Shown here: in pieces, positions 7,858 through 17,414 of the stretch
Layout of the letters: each line of letters begins with the position of its first letter
Numbering within the stretch: position 1 is the first letter of the stretch
Assembly (NCBI GenBank): GCA_021836035.1
Contig: JAKBJL010000002.1
Location: 3,691-67,690 of the forward strand
Direction of reading: 5' to 3'
Length of the DNA: 64,000 nt
From: a bacterium
Lineage (GTDB): Bacteria > Patescibacteriota > Microgenomatia > JAMCZE01
The notes under the pieces: generated by a model
Seen by the model: only the letters and a program-made list of their open reading frames with translations
What the model was told of the DNA's origin: nothing
Database searches by the model: none
Made by a program: the position numbers and the translations under genes

Positions 7858-8238
7858 TTAATATCTTAAAACGGGTTTATCAAAACGCAGATCTATTTCC
7901 TTTGGTTTTCTTCCTTCAATTGTAAATCGATTCCAAATAATTTGTAAAGCCCTGATAGGTCCGCTGAATTCCTGATTTTTCGGAAAATAGACCACGGTTC
8001 CGGAAAAGGAGGCTACCAAAGCGTCATTTGTCTCCCAAACCGGTAAATCCGGCGGGATATTGCTCTCCATAAGCTTATTTCCTAGGGCAATTTTCAGGTC
8101 GGGCACGATTACCGGACGGACTATTTTGCTGCCGCTGATCTTGCTTTGCCAGACGGGAGCGGTTTTGGCAATTACTCCAATGCTAAGAACCGAAACCGTC
8201 CCAATCAAAAATAAAGGTAATATTATCGCCTTTTTCAT
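7858..8238 (-). CDS. Short FtsQ/DivIB-like protein
   Basis: N-terminal TM, C-terminal EIDLRFDKPV motif, position between murG and ftsA. Confidence 0.65.
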   Translation of the reverse strand: MKKAIILPLFLIGTVSVLSIGVIAKTAPVWQSKISGSKIVRPVIVPDLKIALGNKLMESNIPPDLPVWETNDALVASFSGTVVYFPKNQEFSGPIRALQIIWNRFTIEGRKPKEIDLRFDKPVLRY

Positions 8239-9377
8239 CAGGACCTTATCGTCAGGTTTTCTATCTGCTGCACGATATTTTCCCCGGCCTCCAGGGAAAT
8301 AAGGCTGCGGGAGGCCCGAGCCGCTTCGCGGTATTTTCCTATTTTTCCAATCATCCTGTCTATTAGCGAGAGCAAAGATCTGCCGGTAAGATGCTCCTGG
8401 TCTAAAATCTCGGCGGCTCCGCGGTCTTTTAGTAACCGGGCGTTAGCGAGCTGCTCGCCGCCGGTGGCGAAAGGGAGGGGAATAAAAACAGCCGGCAAGC
8501 CGACGGCGGCCAATTCCGTAACCGTATTAGCCCCGCTGCGGCTGATCACCAAATCCGCACCGGCTAATATCCCGGCTACTTCTGTTTCATTTAAAAATTT
8601 GTGTAATTCATATCTGGCCGCCAACGGCGCCGGGAGTTTCTCCCGCAATTTCACCAGCCGGTCAAAATCCTTAAACAAGCAGGAGTCGCCGGTTTGGTGG
8701 ACTATCCGATATTTTTCCAAAAGCTTGCCTAAAATTTCCTCCACGGCCAGGTTGATTACGTGCGCTCCCTGATTTCCCCCGGTAATATAGATCTGCGGTG
8801 TCCTCCCGTCGCTTCCGTCTGGCGGGCGGTAATTTTGTGCCAGCTCTTTTACTTTTTCCCTCAGAGGATTACCGGTTAAAACAACTTTGCTCTCGGGAAA
8901 ATGTTTGCCGGAAACCGGCCAGGAAATTAAAACTTTCCGCGATAAACGGAAAATAATCTTATTGGCCAGCCCGGGGGCAAGTGTTTGTTCGTGGGTAATT
9001 ACCGGTACTCCAAAAAAATAAGCGGCTACCACCACCGGTAAGGCAACATAGCCGCCGAAGGAAAGGACGACGTTCGGGCGATACCTGCCAAGCCAATAAA
9101 AAGCCTGCAGGAGACCGCTTACCATCTTACTTAAAGATTTTAGCGACTGTCCTACATTGACAAAAAACCGGCGTTGTAAACGGCCGGTGGTAATTACCAA
9201 ATAGTGTAAATTTTTATCGGGAAAAAGCTCCCGATACTCCAGGGCTTCGCTAGGGTCGTCCTCCATGGCCGTCCTCCGCCCGACATAATATATTTGCCAT
9301 TGGCCGCTTTTCTCCAAAAGAGAAATAACCGCCGCGGCAGGACTGAAATGCCCTCCGGTAATAAATATCTTCTTCAT
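8238..9377 (-). CDS. murG: MurG lipid II GlcNAc transferase
   Basis: TGGH, FGGYVA, HEQ, TGNPLR, GGNQGA, SRSGANT. Confidence 0.96.
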   Translation of the reverse strand: MKKIFITGGHFSPAAAVISLLEKSGQWQIYYVGRRTAMEDDPSEALEYRELFPDKNLHYLVITTGRLQRRFFVNVGQSLKSLSKMVSGLLQAFYWLGRYRPNVVLSFGGYVALPVVVAAYFFGVPVITHEQTLAPGLANKIIFRLSRKVLISWPVSGKHFPESKVVLTGNPLREKVKELAQNYRPPDGSDGRTPQIYITGGNQGAHVINLAVEEILGKLLEKYRIVHQTGDSCLFKDFDRLVKLREKLPAPLAARYELHKFLNETEVAGILAGADLVISRSGANTVTELAAVGLPAVFIPLPFATGGEQLANARLLKDRGAAEILDQEHLTGRSLLSLIDRMIGKIGKYREAARASRSLISLEAGENIVQQIENLTIRS

Positions 9378-10447
9378 GCTTTGTTCTTGCTGATATTAAG
9401 TAAAATCCCGACCGCAACCATTTCCGTCACCAGGGCTGAACCTCCGTAGGATACAAAAGGCAGGGGAACTCCGGTCAGGGGAATAATCGCCACCATTGAA
9501 CCCAAATTGACGATTGTTTGCAAAGCCAACCAACTGACAATCCCGGCGGCTAATAGCTTGCCGAACTTATCCCCCGCTTTCAAAGCGATTCTAAAGCCCC
9601 GCAAAAAAACAAAGGCAAAAGCGGCCAACAATATGATGGCCCCGATAAAACCCAATTCTTCACCGATAATCGCAAAGATCGAATCGGTAGTCGCTTCCGG
9701 CAGATAGGAATATTTTTGCCGGGAATTGCCCAATCCTAAACCCAATAAACCTCCGCTGCCCAAGGCAATCAACACCTGACGGATATGATAAGAAGCCCCC
9801 AGGGGATCCGCTGACGGATCTAAAAATGTAGTTAACCGTTTTAAGCGATAGGAGGAGCGCAAAATTAAAAGGAAAGCTCCGACGCCCGCAAACGGTAACA
9901 AAGCTAAGCCGTGCCAAAGCGGGGCCTCGGATAAAAAATACATAATCAACCCCATACCGCTGAGAATAATCGCGGTACCCATATCCGGCTCCAAGAGAAT
10001 TAAGGTAACAAAAATCACCAATAAAACTACAAACGGCAAAAGCCGGCCTTTCTCCCGGTTGGCAAACCAGGCGGAAAGGTAAATAATAAGAGCCAATTTA
10101 GCAAATTCCGACGGCTGCAATACAAAAAAATGCAAATTGATCCAGCGATGCGCACCGTAAGCCCGGATTCCGAAACCGGGAATAAAAACCAGAGCCAGGA
10201 GCGCTAGTGAACCGATGAGAATAAGCGGTGACAATTTATAAAACCGGCGGTAATTAAAAAAGGAAGCCCCGACCATTCCCGCAATTCCCAAAAGCGACCA
10301 CTTTAGCTGGTCTTTGAGAAAATAATACTTATCCCCGAAATCACGCAACGCTGAAGAAGAAGAAGCGTCATAAACCATCAGTACCCCGAAGGCGAGCAAA
10401 ATAAGGACCACGGCCAGGAGATACCAGTCGAGAGGAGAATGCTTCAT
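9374..10447 (-). CDS. ftsW: FtsW SEDS peptidoglycan polymerase
   Basis: QPSEFAK, EPDMGT, LPEATTDSIF, TGVPLPFVSYGGS; start set at the ATGA overlap with mraY. Confidence 0.95.
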   Translation of the reverse strand: MKHSPLDWYLLAVVLILLAFGVLMVYDASSSSALRDFGDKYYFLKDQLKWSLLGIAGMVGASFFNYRRFYKLSPLILIGSLALLALVFIPGFGIRAYGAHRWINLHFFVLQPSEFAKLALIIYLSAWFANREKGRLLPFVVLLVIFVTLILLEPDMGTAIILSGMGLIMYFLSEAPLWHGLALLPFAGVGAFLLILRSSYRLKRLTTFLDPSADPLGASYHIRQVLIALGSGGLLGLGLGNSRQKYSYLPEATTDSIFAIIGEELGFIGAIILLAAFAFVFLRGFRIALKAGDKFGKLLAAGIVSWLALQTIVNLGSMVAIIPLTGVPLPFVSYGGSALVTEMVAVGILLNISKNKA

Positions 10448-11457
10448 TTTATTACCCCGAGCCAAAGACCGAAAACGGCAAACAGAAGCGCAATCAGCCA
10501 AAAGCGGGTGACTACTTTCGGTTCTTCCCAACCCTTATACATAAACCAGAGATGCAGGGGGGAAACGGTAAAAAATTTCCGGCCCCAGAAATGCTTGGAC
10601 AACATCTGGATTAAGGAACTGGCGACTTCCACGATAAATACCCCCCCGATTATCGTGAGGGCAAATATTTTTCCGGTTAAAAGTCCGACTACCGCCATGG
10701 TAGCCCCGAAAGCCAGAGCGCCTGTGTCTCCCAGCTCCACGCGGGCCGGATAGATATTAAAATATAAAAAGGCGATCAGGGAACCTATCCAGACAGCTAA
10801 AAATAATGCCAGCGAGGGATGTAAAAGCTGGGCCGCTAAAATAGTAAAAGCCACCAGGCAAATAAGTAAGACCCCGGAGGAAAGTCCGTCTAAACCATCA
10901 GTAATATTATAAGCGTTGGCAAAAGCGACCACAACAAAAGCGGCTAAGGGAACAAACAAAACCCCCATGTTTAAGGTTCCGAACCAATGGATGTTGACGA
11001 AATCATAGCCCAGGATAAGCCAAAAATATAAACCGATAAAAGCACCCACCAAAACCTGGATAATTAATTTATGCCGCCAGCGCAATCCAAAAAAGCCGCT
11101 ATCGTTTTTATGAAAATTTTTCTTAATGTCATCATATAAACCCAGCAGGGCAAAGGAAAGCATTGTAAAAATAACAATAAATAATTCCGCCGGCCGGGCC
11201 TCAACGGATAATAAGCCGTAGGACCAAAGGGAAAGTAAAGTGGTCACGGCGACAACCAAAGCCCCGGCTCCGATAGGAACTTTCTTTTTATAACTTAGAA
11301 GCCTGGCGGTAATGGGAGTAAACTGATTCAGCGTGTCCACCCTTTTTCCTTCATCCGTTTTGCTGATCCGCATCCGGTAAAGAAAATCGATGAAAGGAAC
11401 CATCAGTACCGCCGTCACAAAAAAGGAGAGCAATAAAAGGCCTAAAAGCTGAGCCAT
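10444..11457 (-). CDS. mraY: Phospho-N-acetylmuramoyl-pentapeptide transferase
   Basis: YDD, NAYNITDGLDGL, LGDTG, PLH motifs. Confidence 0.95.
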   Translation of the reverse strand: MAQLLGLLLLSFFVTAVLMVPFIDFLYRMRISKTDEGKRVDTLNQFTPITARLLSYKKKVPIGAGALVVAVTTLLSLWSYGLLSVEARPAELFIVIFTMLSFALLGLYDDIKKNFHKNDSGFFGLRWRHKLIIQVLVGAFIGLYFWLILGYDFVNIHWFGTLNMGVLFVPLAAFVVVAFANAYNITDGLDGLSSGVLLICLVAFTILAAQLLHPSLALFLAVWIGSLIAFLYFNIYPARVELGDTGALAFGATMAVVGLLTGKIFALTIIGGVFIVEVASSLIQMLSKHFWGRKFFTVSPLHLWFMYKGWEEPKVVTRFWLIALLFAVFGLWLGVIK

Positions 11458-11472
11458 AAAACCTAAAATTTA

Positions 11473-12804
11473 TTATACTACAGCTATCCGCTCTATTTTG
11501 GCACCTAAAGCCACCAAATTTTCTTCCAGTTTTTCGTAGCCCCGATCTATCTGAGACGTTTCGTCCGTGATCCGCGTTTGACCGGAAGCAATCATCCCGG
11601 CCAGGAGCATAGTCGCACCCGATCTGACGTCGTTAATGGTTACCTCTTTTCCTCTTAAACCGCTAGGGCCGAAAATGCGGACGGCATGAAAGTTTTCCAG
11701 ACGATCGTTTTCCAGGTTAAAATTATAGAGTTCCGCCGGATCGCTAACTTCGGGGTTATAGAGCTGCGTGTGCGCTCCCATTTGCCGTAAATTGGCAAGA
11801 TAGCCGAAGCGGTTCTCAAAAACGGTTTCGTGGATAAGCGATTCTCCCTTCGCCTGGGTCATGAGCGTCGCCCATAACGACTGCCAGTCCGTCATAAACG
11901 CCGGATAGGGGCCGGTAACCACTTGCGTGCTTTTTAGAGGTTCCCGCCAAAAAATATGCAAACCCCCCTTGGCCTCTTCCCACCCTCCGCCGGTTTTTAC
12001 CACCTGCTCCCGGAAAGCCGCCAACACCGTCGGATCAGCGTGTTCTATAAAAATATCCCCCCGGGTTGCCAGAGCGGCACAGGCAAAAGTGACAGCGACA
12101 TTCCGGTCCGGCATAACCTCGTGGTTTACCCCCCGCAAATTACTGACGCCTTCGATTATCAGGCGGCGCGGCTCGCTTCTTTTAATTTTGGCTCCCGCTT
12201 TATTTAAAAAATCGATAAGATTATCGACCTCCGGTTCCGCAGCGGCGTTTTCTAAAATCGTTTTGCCCCGCGCTTTGACGGCGGCCATAATTAAAGTTTC
12301 CGTTCCGGTATGGCTATTTTTAGGAAATCTGTAGCTGCCCCCTCTCAGTCCGTGAGGCGCCCGGATATAAAAAGTCTTGCCTTTAAGGGAAATTTCCGCT
12401 CCCAGCGCTTCCAATCCGGCCAGATGGCGGTCGATCGGCCTGCTGCCGATCCTGTCGCCCCCGGGTAGCGGAAGAATCGCCTGTCCGAACTTTGCCAGCA
12501 ACGGTCCGGCGAACATTGTAGCGGCACGGGATTTCATTCCGCAGGATCGCGGAGCGTCAAAAGAGGATAAACCCTGGGGAAAAACCCTTAAGCTATGATC
12601 GCCGCTGTCCTCAACCTCCCCCCCCAAACTGCGGATTACCTCTTTAGTGGTTTCCACATCTCCGATTTCACTGAGATTATTAATCGTGCTGGGGGAATCA
12701 CCCAGCAGGGCGGCGATTAAGGCCTTAAAACCGGCGTTTTTGGCTCCGCGTAAAACGACGGTGCCTTTCAGGCGGGTACCGCCCGTGATGAGATACTTAG
12801 TCAT
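11473..12804 (-). CDS. murA: UDP-N-acetylglucosamine 1-carboxyvinyltransferase
   Basis: GAKNA, LPGGDRIGSRPID, NAAAEPEV, FENRF, IDRGYE. Confidence 0.96.
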   Translation of the reverse strand: MTKYLITGGTRLKGTVVLRGAKNAGFKALIAALLGDSPSTINNLSEIGDVETTKEVIRSLGGEVEDSGDHSLRVFPQGLSSFDAPRSCGMKSRAATMFAGPLLAKFGQAILPLPGGDRIGSRPIDRHLAGLEALGAEISLKGKTFYIRAPHGLRGGSYRFPKNSHTGTETLIMAAVKARGKTILENAAAEPEVDNLIDFLNKAGAKIKRSEPRRLIIEGVSNLRGVNHEVMPDRNVAVTFACAALATRGDIFIEHADPTVLAAFREQVVKTGGGWEEAKGGLHIFWREPLKSTQVVTGPYPAFMTDWQSLWATLMTQAKGESLIHETVFENRFGYLANLRQMGAHTQLYNPEVSDPAELYNFNLENDRLENFHAVRIFGPSGLRGKEVTINDVRSGATMLLAGMIASGQTRITDETSQIDRGYEKLEENLVALGAKIERIAVV

Positions 12805-13714
12805 GAGCAAATTCCCCTACCAGAAAAATTTCCTCTTTTAAGTCCAAGCCGAACTTTTGCCGCACTTCCCTTCGGCATAATTCTATTAATTTTAGAACAT
12901 CGAAGGCGCTTGCGTTACCGTTGTTAATAATAAAATTTGCGTGTTTTTGGGAAACCTTTGCCCCGCCGATTATTTTGCCCTTTAGGCCGCATTGCTCGAT
13001 AAGTTTTCCCGCCGGTTGTTCCTTTGAGGGATTACGGAAAGTACAGCCGGCGCACTTGGTATCCAGCGGCTGGGAAAGTGAACGGGTCTGATTATTGGCA
13101 ATAACCGCCTTTAACATCTCTTCCTTCACACCTTTACCCACCGGAAATAGCGCCGTAAGGACAATGTCACCGCTGTCCCTTAGAATACTGTAATCATAAG
13201 CAAAGCGGAAGTAGTCCGCCGGGACCTCCTTAACCTCTTGGCGGGGGGTATAAATTTCCGCCTTCAGAAGAAAATCACCCAGCAACTTATCCTGCCAATG
13301 GGAATTATTATAGATAGCTCCGCCGACGGTTCCGGGAACGGTTGCTAAATTTTCCAGGCCCGTAGATAAACCCCGATTAATCATTTCCATCGCGATTTTG
13401 GCTAATCCCATACCGGCGGCGACTCTGAGCGTTTTTCCTTTTAGGACAAATTCTTCACTATGGAAACGAACCGTTAATCCTTTTATCCCTTGATCCCCTA
13501 CTAAGATGTTGGAACCGCCGCCAAAGACAAATAGCGGTACCCGATAACGGGAAGCGATATCTAAAACTTTTTTTAAGACGGCGGGGGTGTTGACGTCAAG
13601 GTAAAATTCCGCCGGACCGCCGATCTGAAAAGTGGTGTGCCGGGACATCGGTTCCCCTCTTTTTAATGTCCCCTCTCCGGTAATTTTTTCCAAATCCCCC
13701 TGGAATTGATCCAT
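12797..13714 (-). CDS. murB: UDP-N-acetylmuramate dehydrogenase
   Basis: HTTFQIGGPA, GGGSNIL, PGTVGGA, AGCTFRNP, KHANF. Confidence 0.96.
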   Translation of the reverse strand: MDQFQGDLEKITGEGTLKRGEPMSRHTTFQIGGPAEFYLDVNTPAVLKKVLDIASRYRVPLFVFGGGSNILVGDQGIKGLTVRFHSEEFVLKGKTLRVAAGMGLAKIAMEMINRGLSTGLENLATVPGTVGGAIYNNSHWQDKLLGDFLLKAEIYTPRQEVKEVPADYFRFAYDYSILRDSGDIVLTALFPVGKGVKEEMLKAVIANNQTRSLSQPLDTKCAGCTFRNPSKEQPAGKLIEQCGLKGKIIGGAKVSQKHANFIINNGNASAFDVLKLIELCRREVRQKFGLDLKEEIFLVGEFAHD

Positions 13715-13720
13715 AGGCGC

Positions 13721-15028
13721 TTAACGGCTAAAAAGCAGGTCCGAAATCTGATAAATATCCCCCGCTCCCATGAGTAATACCGTATCGTTTTTAGCGGTAT
13801 TGCGGCGAATGAAGTTCGCCACGTTGGTCAAATCCCCGCCTACGTAAGTAGCCTGGGGACCGCCGATGGCCAAGGCTAAATCCTTTCCTGTCGGTTTAGA
13901 AATTTCTTTTTCCCTCCGGGTATAGACATCGGTTACCACCACCCGGTCGGCTTTTCTTAAAGCTTCCTTAAAATCCGCAAACAACAATTGCAGGCGGGCG
14001 TACATATGGGGCTGGAAAACAACCCAAAGTTTACCTTTAATCCGCCGCTCCCTGGCGGCAGCGATATTTACCCGTACGGCGGTCGGGTGATGAGCATAAT
14101 CATCATATATATCTACCCCCTCGGCGGTTTTACCGCGGTACTCAAAACGCCTCTCCAGTCCGGAAAAACTCTCCAGATATTGTTTTATTTGATTCGGAGC
14201 GATTCCCAAGGCCTTAGCGGCGGCAAAAGCGGCCGCGGCATCCGCGCGGATATGTTCCCCGGGTAATTTCAGTTTGATTTCGTTATTTTTGAACCTCTGA
14301 TATTTTATTATTTTTAACCCTTTTACCGACTTAACTGACTTTATCAGCTCTTTACATCCCCCGTCTTCCTGATTTATCACCAATATTTTGGGGGCTTTCA
14401 TTCGCCGTATCAATTTATTAAAGGAACCTAAAATCTGGTTAATATTTTTAAAATATTCCGGATGATCCATTTCTACGGAGGTGACGACTAACAGGTTGGG
14501 TTTATAAAGGAGAAATTTATCCCGAAATTCATCTGCCTCGCAAATAAAGTACTCGGATTTTCCGACACGAAAGTTTTTTCGGTTCCAATCTAACAAATTG
14601 GCTCCGATTTCGCAGGTCGGATCGGTTCCCGCCTGGTCCAATATCCAGGCTAACATTGCCGTGGTGGTTCCTTTGCCGTGGGTACCGGCAACAGCAACGA
14701 CAAACTTTTCCGGCATTAGATAGCGGGCCATAAATTCTTCCCAAGTTACGGCAATCTTTCTTTTTCTGGCCTGCAGATACTCCGGCTCTTTAGCGCTTTG
14801 ATAAAAAACAGCCGAGGTGTGGGCTAACAGACGGATATTTTTCAGATGAGCCGCGTTATGGCCAATCTCTACCGGGATACCCTCATTTCTCAGCAATCTG
14901 GTAATTCTTCCCTCCTCCAGATCACAACCGCTTACCTCATAACCATATCCCCGGGCAATCCGCGCCACCGCACTGGCTCCCGACCCGCCTATGCCCATAA
15001 AATGTACTCGCACAGGTTTATTACTCAT
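13721..15028 (-). CDS. murC: UDP-N-acetylmuramate--L-alanine ligase
   Basis: HFMGIGGSG, AGTHGKGTTT, EADE, DDYAHHP, FQPH. Confidence 0.95.
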   Translation of the reverse strand: MSNKPVRVHFMGIGGSGASAVARIARGYGYEVSGCDLEEGRITRLLRNEGIPVEIGHNAAHLKNIRLLAHTSAVFYQSAKEPEYLQARKRKIAVTWEEFMARYLMPEKFVVAVAGTHGKGTTTAMLAWILDQAGTDPTCEIGANLLDWNRKNFRVGKSEYFICEADEFRDKFLLYKPNLLVVTSVEMDHPEYFKNINQILGSFNKLIRRMKAPKILVINQEDGGCKELIKSVKSVKGLKIIKYQRFKNNEIKLKLPGEHIRADAAAAFAAAKALGIAPNQIKQYLESFSGLERRFEYRGKTAEGVDIYDDYAHHPTAVRVNIAAARERRIKGKLWVVFQPHMYARLQLLFADFKEALRKADRVVVTDVYTRREKEISKPTGKDLALAIGGPQATYVGGDLTNVANFIRRNTAKNDTVLLMGAGDIYQISDLLFSR

Positions 15029-16340
15029 ATATATGATTTAAATCTAATACTGCCTTCTTAAATTGGTTTCCTCTGTCTTTATAGTTCTGAAACATATCAA
15101 AACTTGCAGCCGCCGGGGACAGGAGGATGATATCGCCGCGACTGGCAAGTTTACGGGCAGTGGTTATAATTTCGCCCATATTCCGACAGCCGGTTACTAT
15201 TTTAACCGATTTTCCCTTTTTTTGCTCATTTTCGGCCTGCCGGACGGCTTTGGTTATTCTTTTCGCCATTAAACCTATCAAAATTACCGCCCTGATATTC
15301 TTAGCCTTAATTATTTCTTTCCCTAAATGGGTAAAGTCCGATCCTTTTTCACTTCCACCGGCAATTAAAATTAACGGTTCCCTAAACGATTTAATCGCGG
15401 CGATAGTAGTTTCCGGGACAGTAGAAAATGAATCATTGAAGTAAGTTACCCCATCAATTACCGCTACCTCTTCCAGGCGATGCTCTAAACCTTTAAACGT
15501 TTTAATTACCTTTCTGATTATAGGCTCCGGAACCCCTGCTAACTTAGCGGCCGTTGCCGCAGCCGCCACATTCTCCCGGTTATGCTCTCCCCTTAATCCG
15601 ATATCCCCGCTAGCGAAATCTTTTAAGTCACCGCCGCTGACCCAAATAACTTTTCCGGTGGCGGCATCAGCTATATCCCGACAATGCGGGTAATCACGGT
15701 TTACGACAGAAAAATCATCTTTTTGTTGATGAGAAACAATATTTTTCTTGGCATTAACATATTCTTCAACTGTCGGATGCCAATCCTGATGTTCGGAGGT
15801 AACCATCAAAACTACCGCAATATGGGGGCTTTTAGAAAGATCGATAAGTTGGAAGCTGGATAGCTCCAATACCACCCAGCTGTTTTTATTTAAGCGGGGC
15901 AAAAAATCAAATACTTTTTCGCCGATGTTTCCGCCGAGATAAGCCTCTTTGCTTCCCGCCTTAAGCATTTGATAAATTAGGGTCGCTGTGGTTCCTTTAC
16001 CTTTGGTACCCGTCACCCCGATAATTTGTCCCGGGCAGAGATCAAAAAATAGTTTCGTCTTGGAGGAAATTTCCACCCCCGCTTTTTCAGCTTCAATAAT
16101 CTCTTTTCGATAGCGATATACCCCGGGGCTGCGGATTACGGTCTCAAATTTAGTCAAATCGCCGAAGTCTTCTTTTCCTAACTCCCATGTTATTCCCGAA
16201 AATTCTTCCCCATTTTCCGCTACCTTCTTTTTATCGAAAACCGTAATTTTCGCTCCCTGCTCTAAAAGCCACGGCACACAATCCCTGGTATCTATCCCCC
16301 ATCCCAATATAGCGACCTTTTTATTCTGATAACTTGTCAT
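15021..16340 (-). CDS. murD: UDP-MurNAc-L-Ala--D-glutamate ligase
   Basis: RSPG, GTKGKGTT, ELSSFQL, HRLE, NDSFST, LLSPAAASFD. Confidence 0.96.
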   Translation of the reverse strand: MTSYQNKKVAILGWGIDTRDCVPWLLEQGAKITVFDKKKVAENGEEFSGITWELGKEDFGDLTKFETVIRSPGVYRYRKEIIEAEKAGVEISSKTKLFFDLCPGQIIGVTGTKGKGTTATLIYQMLKAGSKEAYLGGNIGEKVFDFLPRLNKNSWVVLELSSFQLIDLSKSPHIAVVLMVTSEHQDWHPTVEEYVNAKKNIVSHQQKDDFSVVNRDYPHCRDIADAATGKVIWVSGGDLKDFASGDIGLRGEHNRENVAAAATAAKLAGVPEPIIRKVIKTFKGLEHRLEEVAVIDGVTYFNDSFSTVPETTIAAIKSFREPLILIAGGSEKGSDFTHLGKEIIKAKNIRAVILIGLMAKRITKAVRQAENEQKKGKSVKIVTGCRNMGEIITTARKLASRGDIILLSPAAASFDMFQNYKDRGNQFKKAVLDLNHIYE

Positions 16341-16355
16341 ATTATTTTTCCATTC

Positions 16356-16621
16356 TCAGGTATTTTGGTGCTCTAAACAGGTTTTATTTAATGAGTGCCC
16401 CATTCGTTCCTTCTTTGTTTGAAGATATTTTACATTGTAATGTTAACTGAGTAATCGATTTGCGACCGATTGATTATCATTTCAAAAGTTCCATATTGCG
16501 TTCTAAGCGGTGTTACCGGGGCTTTACGTATATAAGTTTTGTAATCGGTTTTCCTTTGATCCTGAAGTTTACCCAATGCCGTAGGTCCAACTAAATATCC
16601 TTCACGCTCCGTGCTAATCAT
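16356..16621 (-). pseudogene. ribA: GTP cyclohydrolase II relic with large internal deletion and frameshift
   Basis: N-part PLRTQYGTF resembles RibA LPTxxGxF; a shifted frame gives YNVKYLQTKKERMGHSLNK, matching the RibA C-terminal NxxYLxTKxxxMGHxL; central catalytic motifs are missing. Confidence 0.75.
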
Positions 16622-16676
16622 ATTTAAATTATAGGATATTTATCCTGCTTTAAGCAATCTCTGTTTGGGGAATCAG

Positions 16677-16685
16677 TGCTATAAT
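16677..16685 (+). promoter_or_regulatory. Extended -10 promoter for the Gre-like gene
   Basis: TG-C-TATAAT, about 30 nt upstream of ATG 16713. Confidence 0.55.
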
Positions 16686-16712
16686 CCCCACGGTTTACAT
16701 ACTATACCAGAT

Positions 16713-17279
16713 ATGGAAACATTAAACGGAGAAAAAATAAATCACCTCCCCGACTACGAAGTAAAGAGGCTTGCCTTGTCGGATAAATTAATCCTTGTTT
16801 CACAAGTCGGAGTTAATATCTTGTTTAAACAAAAAGAGGATATTGCTTCTGATGAGAAACGAACCTTAGAAGAATTGGGAATAGTCGCACGCGAAGACTC
16901 TGACCTACCTGAAACTACTCAGTTTAAAGAGCTAAAGACCAGACTTCAATTTGAAATCCCCAGACGAAAAAAAGATCTGAGGGATGTTTTTACGAAAGCA
17001 GTTAAGTATGTAGAGACCCAGGACGGGTCAGTTAGATTCGGAACTAAATTTAGAGCAATAATCAAATATCCGTATGAAAGCGAGACTGGTAATTTTGTTC
17101 TCCTTGGGCCAATAGAGGCTGCTAATAAGAAAATTGATGATGATGGATCCACAATTATTTCCTATAAATCTCCTGTTGGAAGAAATGTTTGGGGCGTTAA
17201 ACCGGATACTGAGGTGGAATTTAAAATTCCCGACGGCAAGGCCAGAATTATCGTTACAGATATCTTCCCTAAAGGATAG
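16713..17279 (+). CDS. GreA/GreB-family transcription elongation factor-like protein
   Basis: AREDSDLPET (tip DxxE), VRFGT, LLGPIEA, ISYKSPVGR; N-terminal extension. Confidence 0.8.
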   Translation: METLNGEKINHLPDYEVKRLALSDKLILVSQVGVNILFKQKEDIASDEKRTLEELGIVAREDSDLPETTQFKELKTRLQFEIPRRKKDLRDVFTKAVKYVETQDGSVRFGTKFRAIIKYPYESETGNFVLLGPIEAANKKIDDDGSTIISYKSPVGRNVWGVKPDTEVEFKIPDGKARIIVTDIFPKG

Positions 17280-17414
17280 TCCCCGGGTATTTCCCAAGGC
17301 TTTTTATCTGTCGGCTTAAGTAGCAAAACCTTGCCTGCTTTATCCAAAAACAAAACCCCGGCGGCTATCCTTTTTTGGGGGTAAGGCTTGATAATAATCA
17401 GCGATGGTCGGCAT
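17280..17414 (-). pseudogene. Nudix hydrolase 5' stub
   Basis: MPTIADYYQALP [frameshift in C5A6 run] RIAAGVLFLDKAGKVLLLKPT...WEIPG, cut just before the Nudix box. Confidence 0.75.

Noticed and set aside
10448-10531. N-terminal extension of FtsW in the ORF track
   Set aside because: Lies inside mraY; the ATGA-coupled start at 10447 is more plausible.
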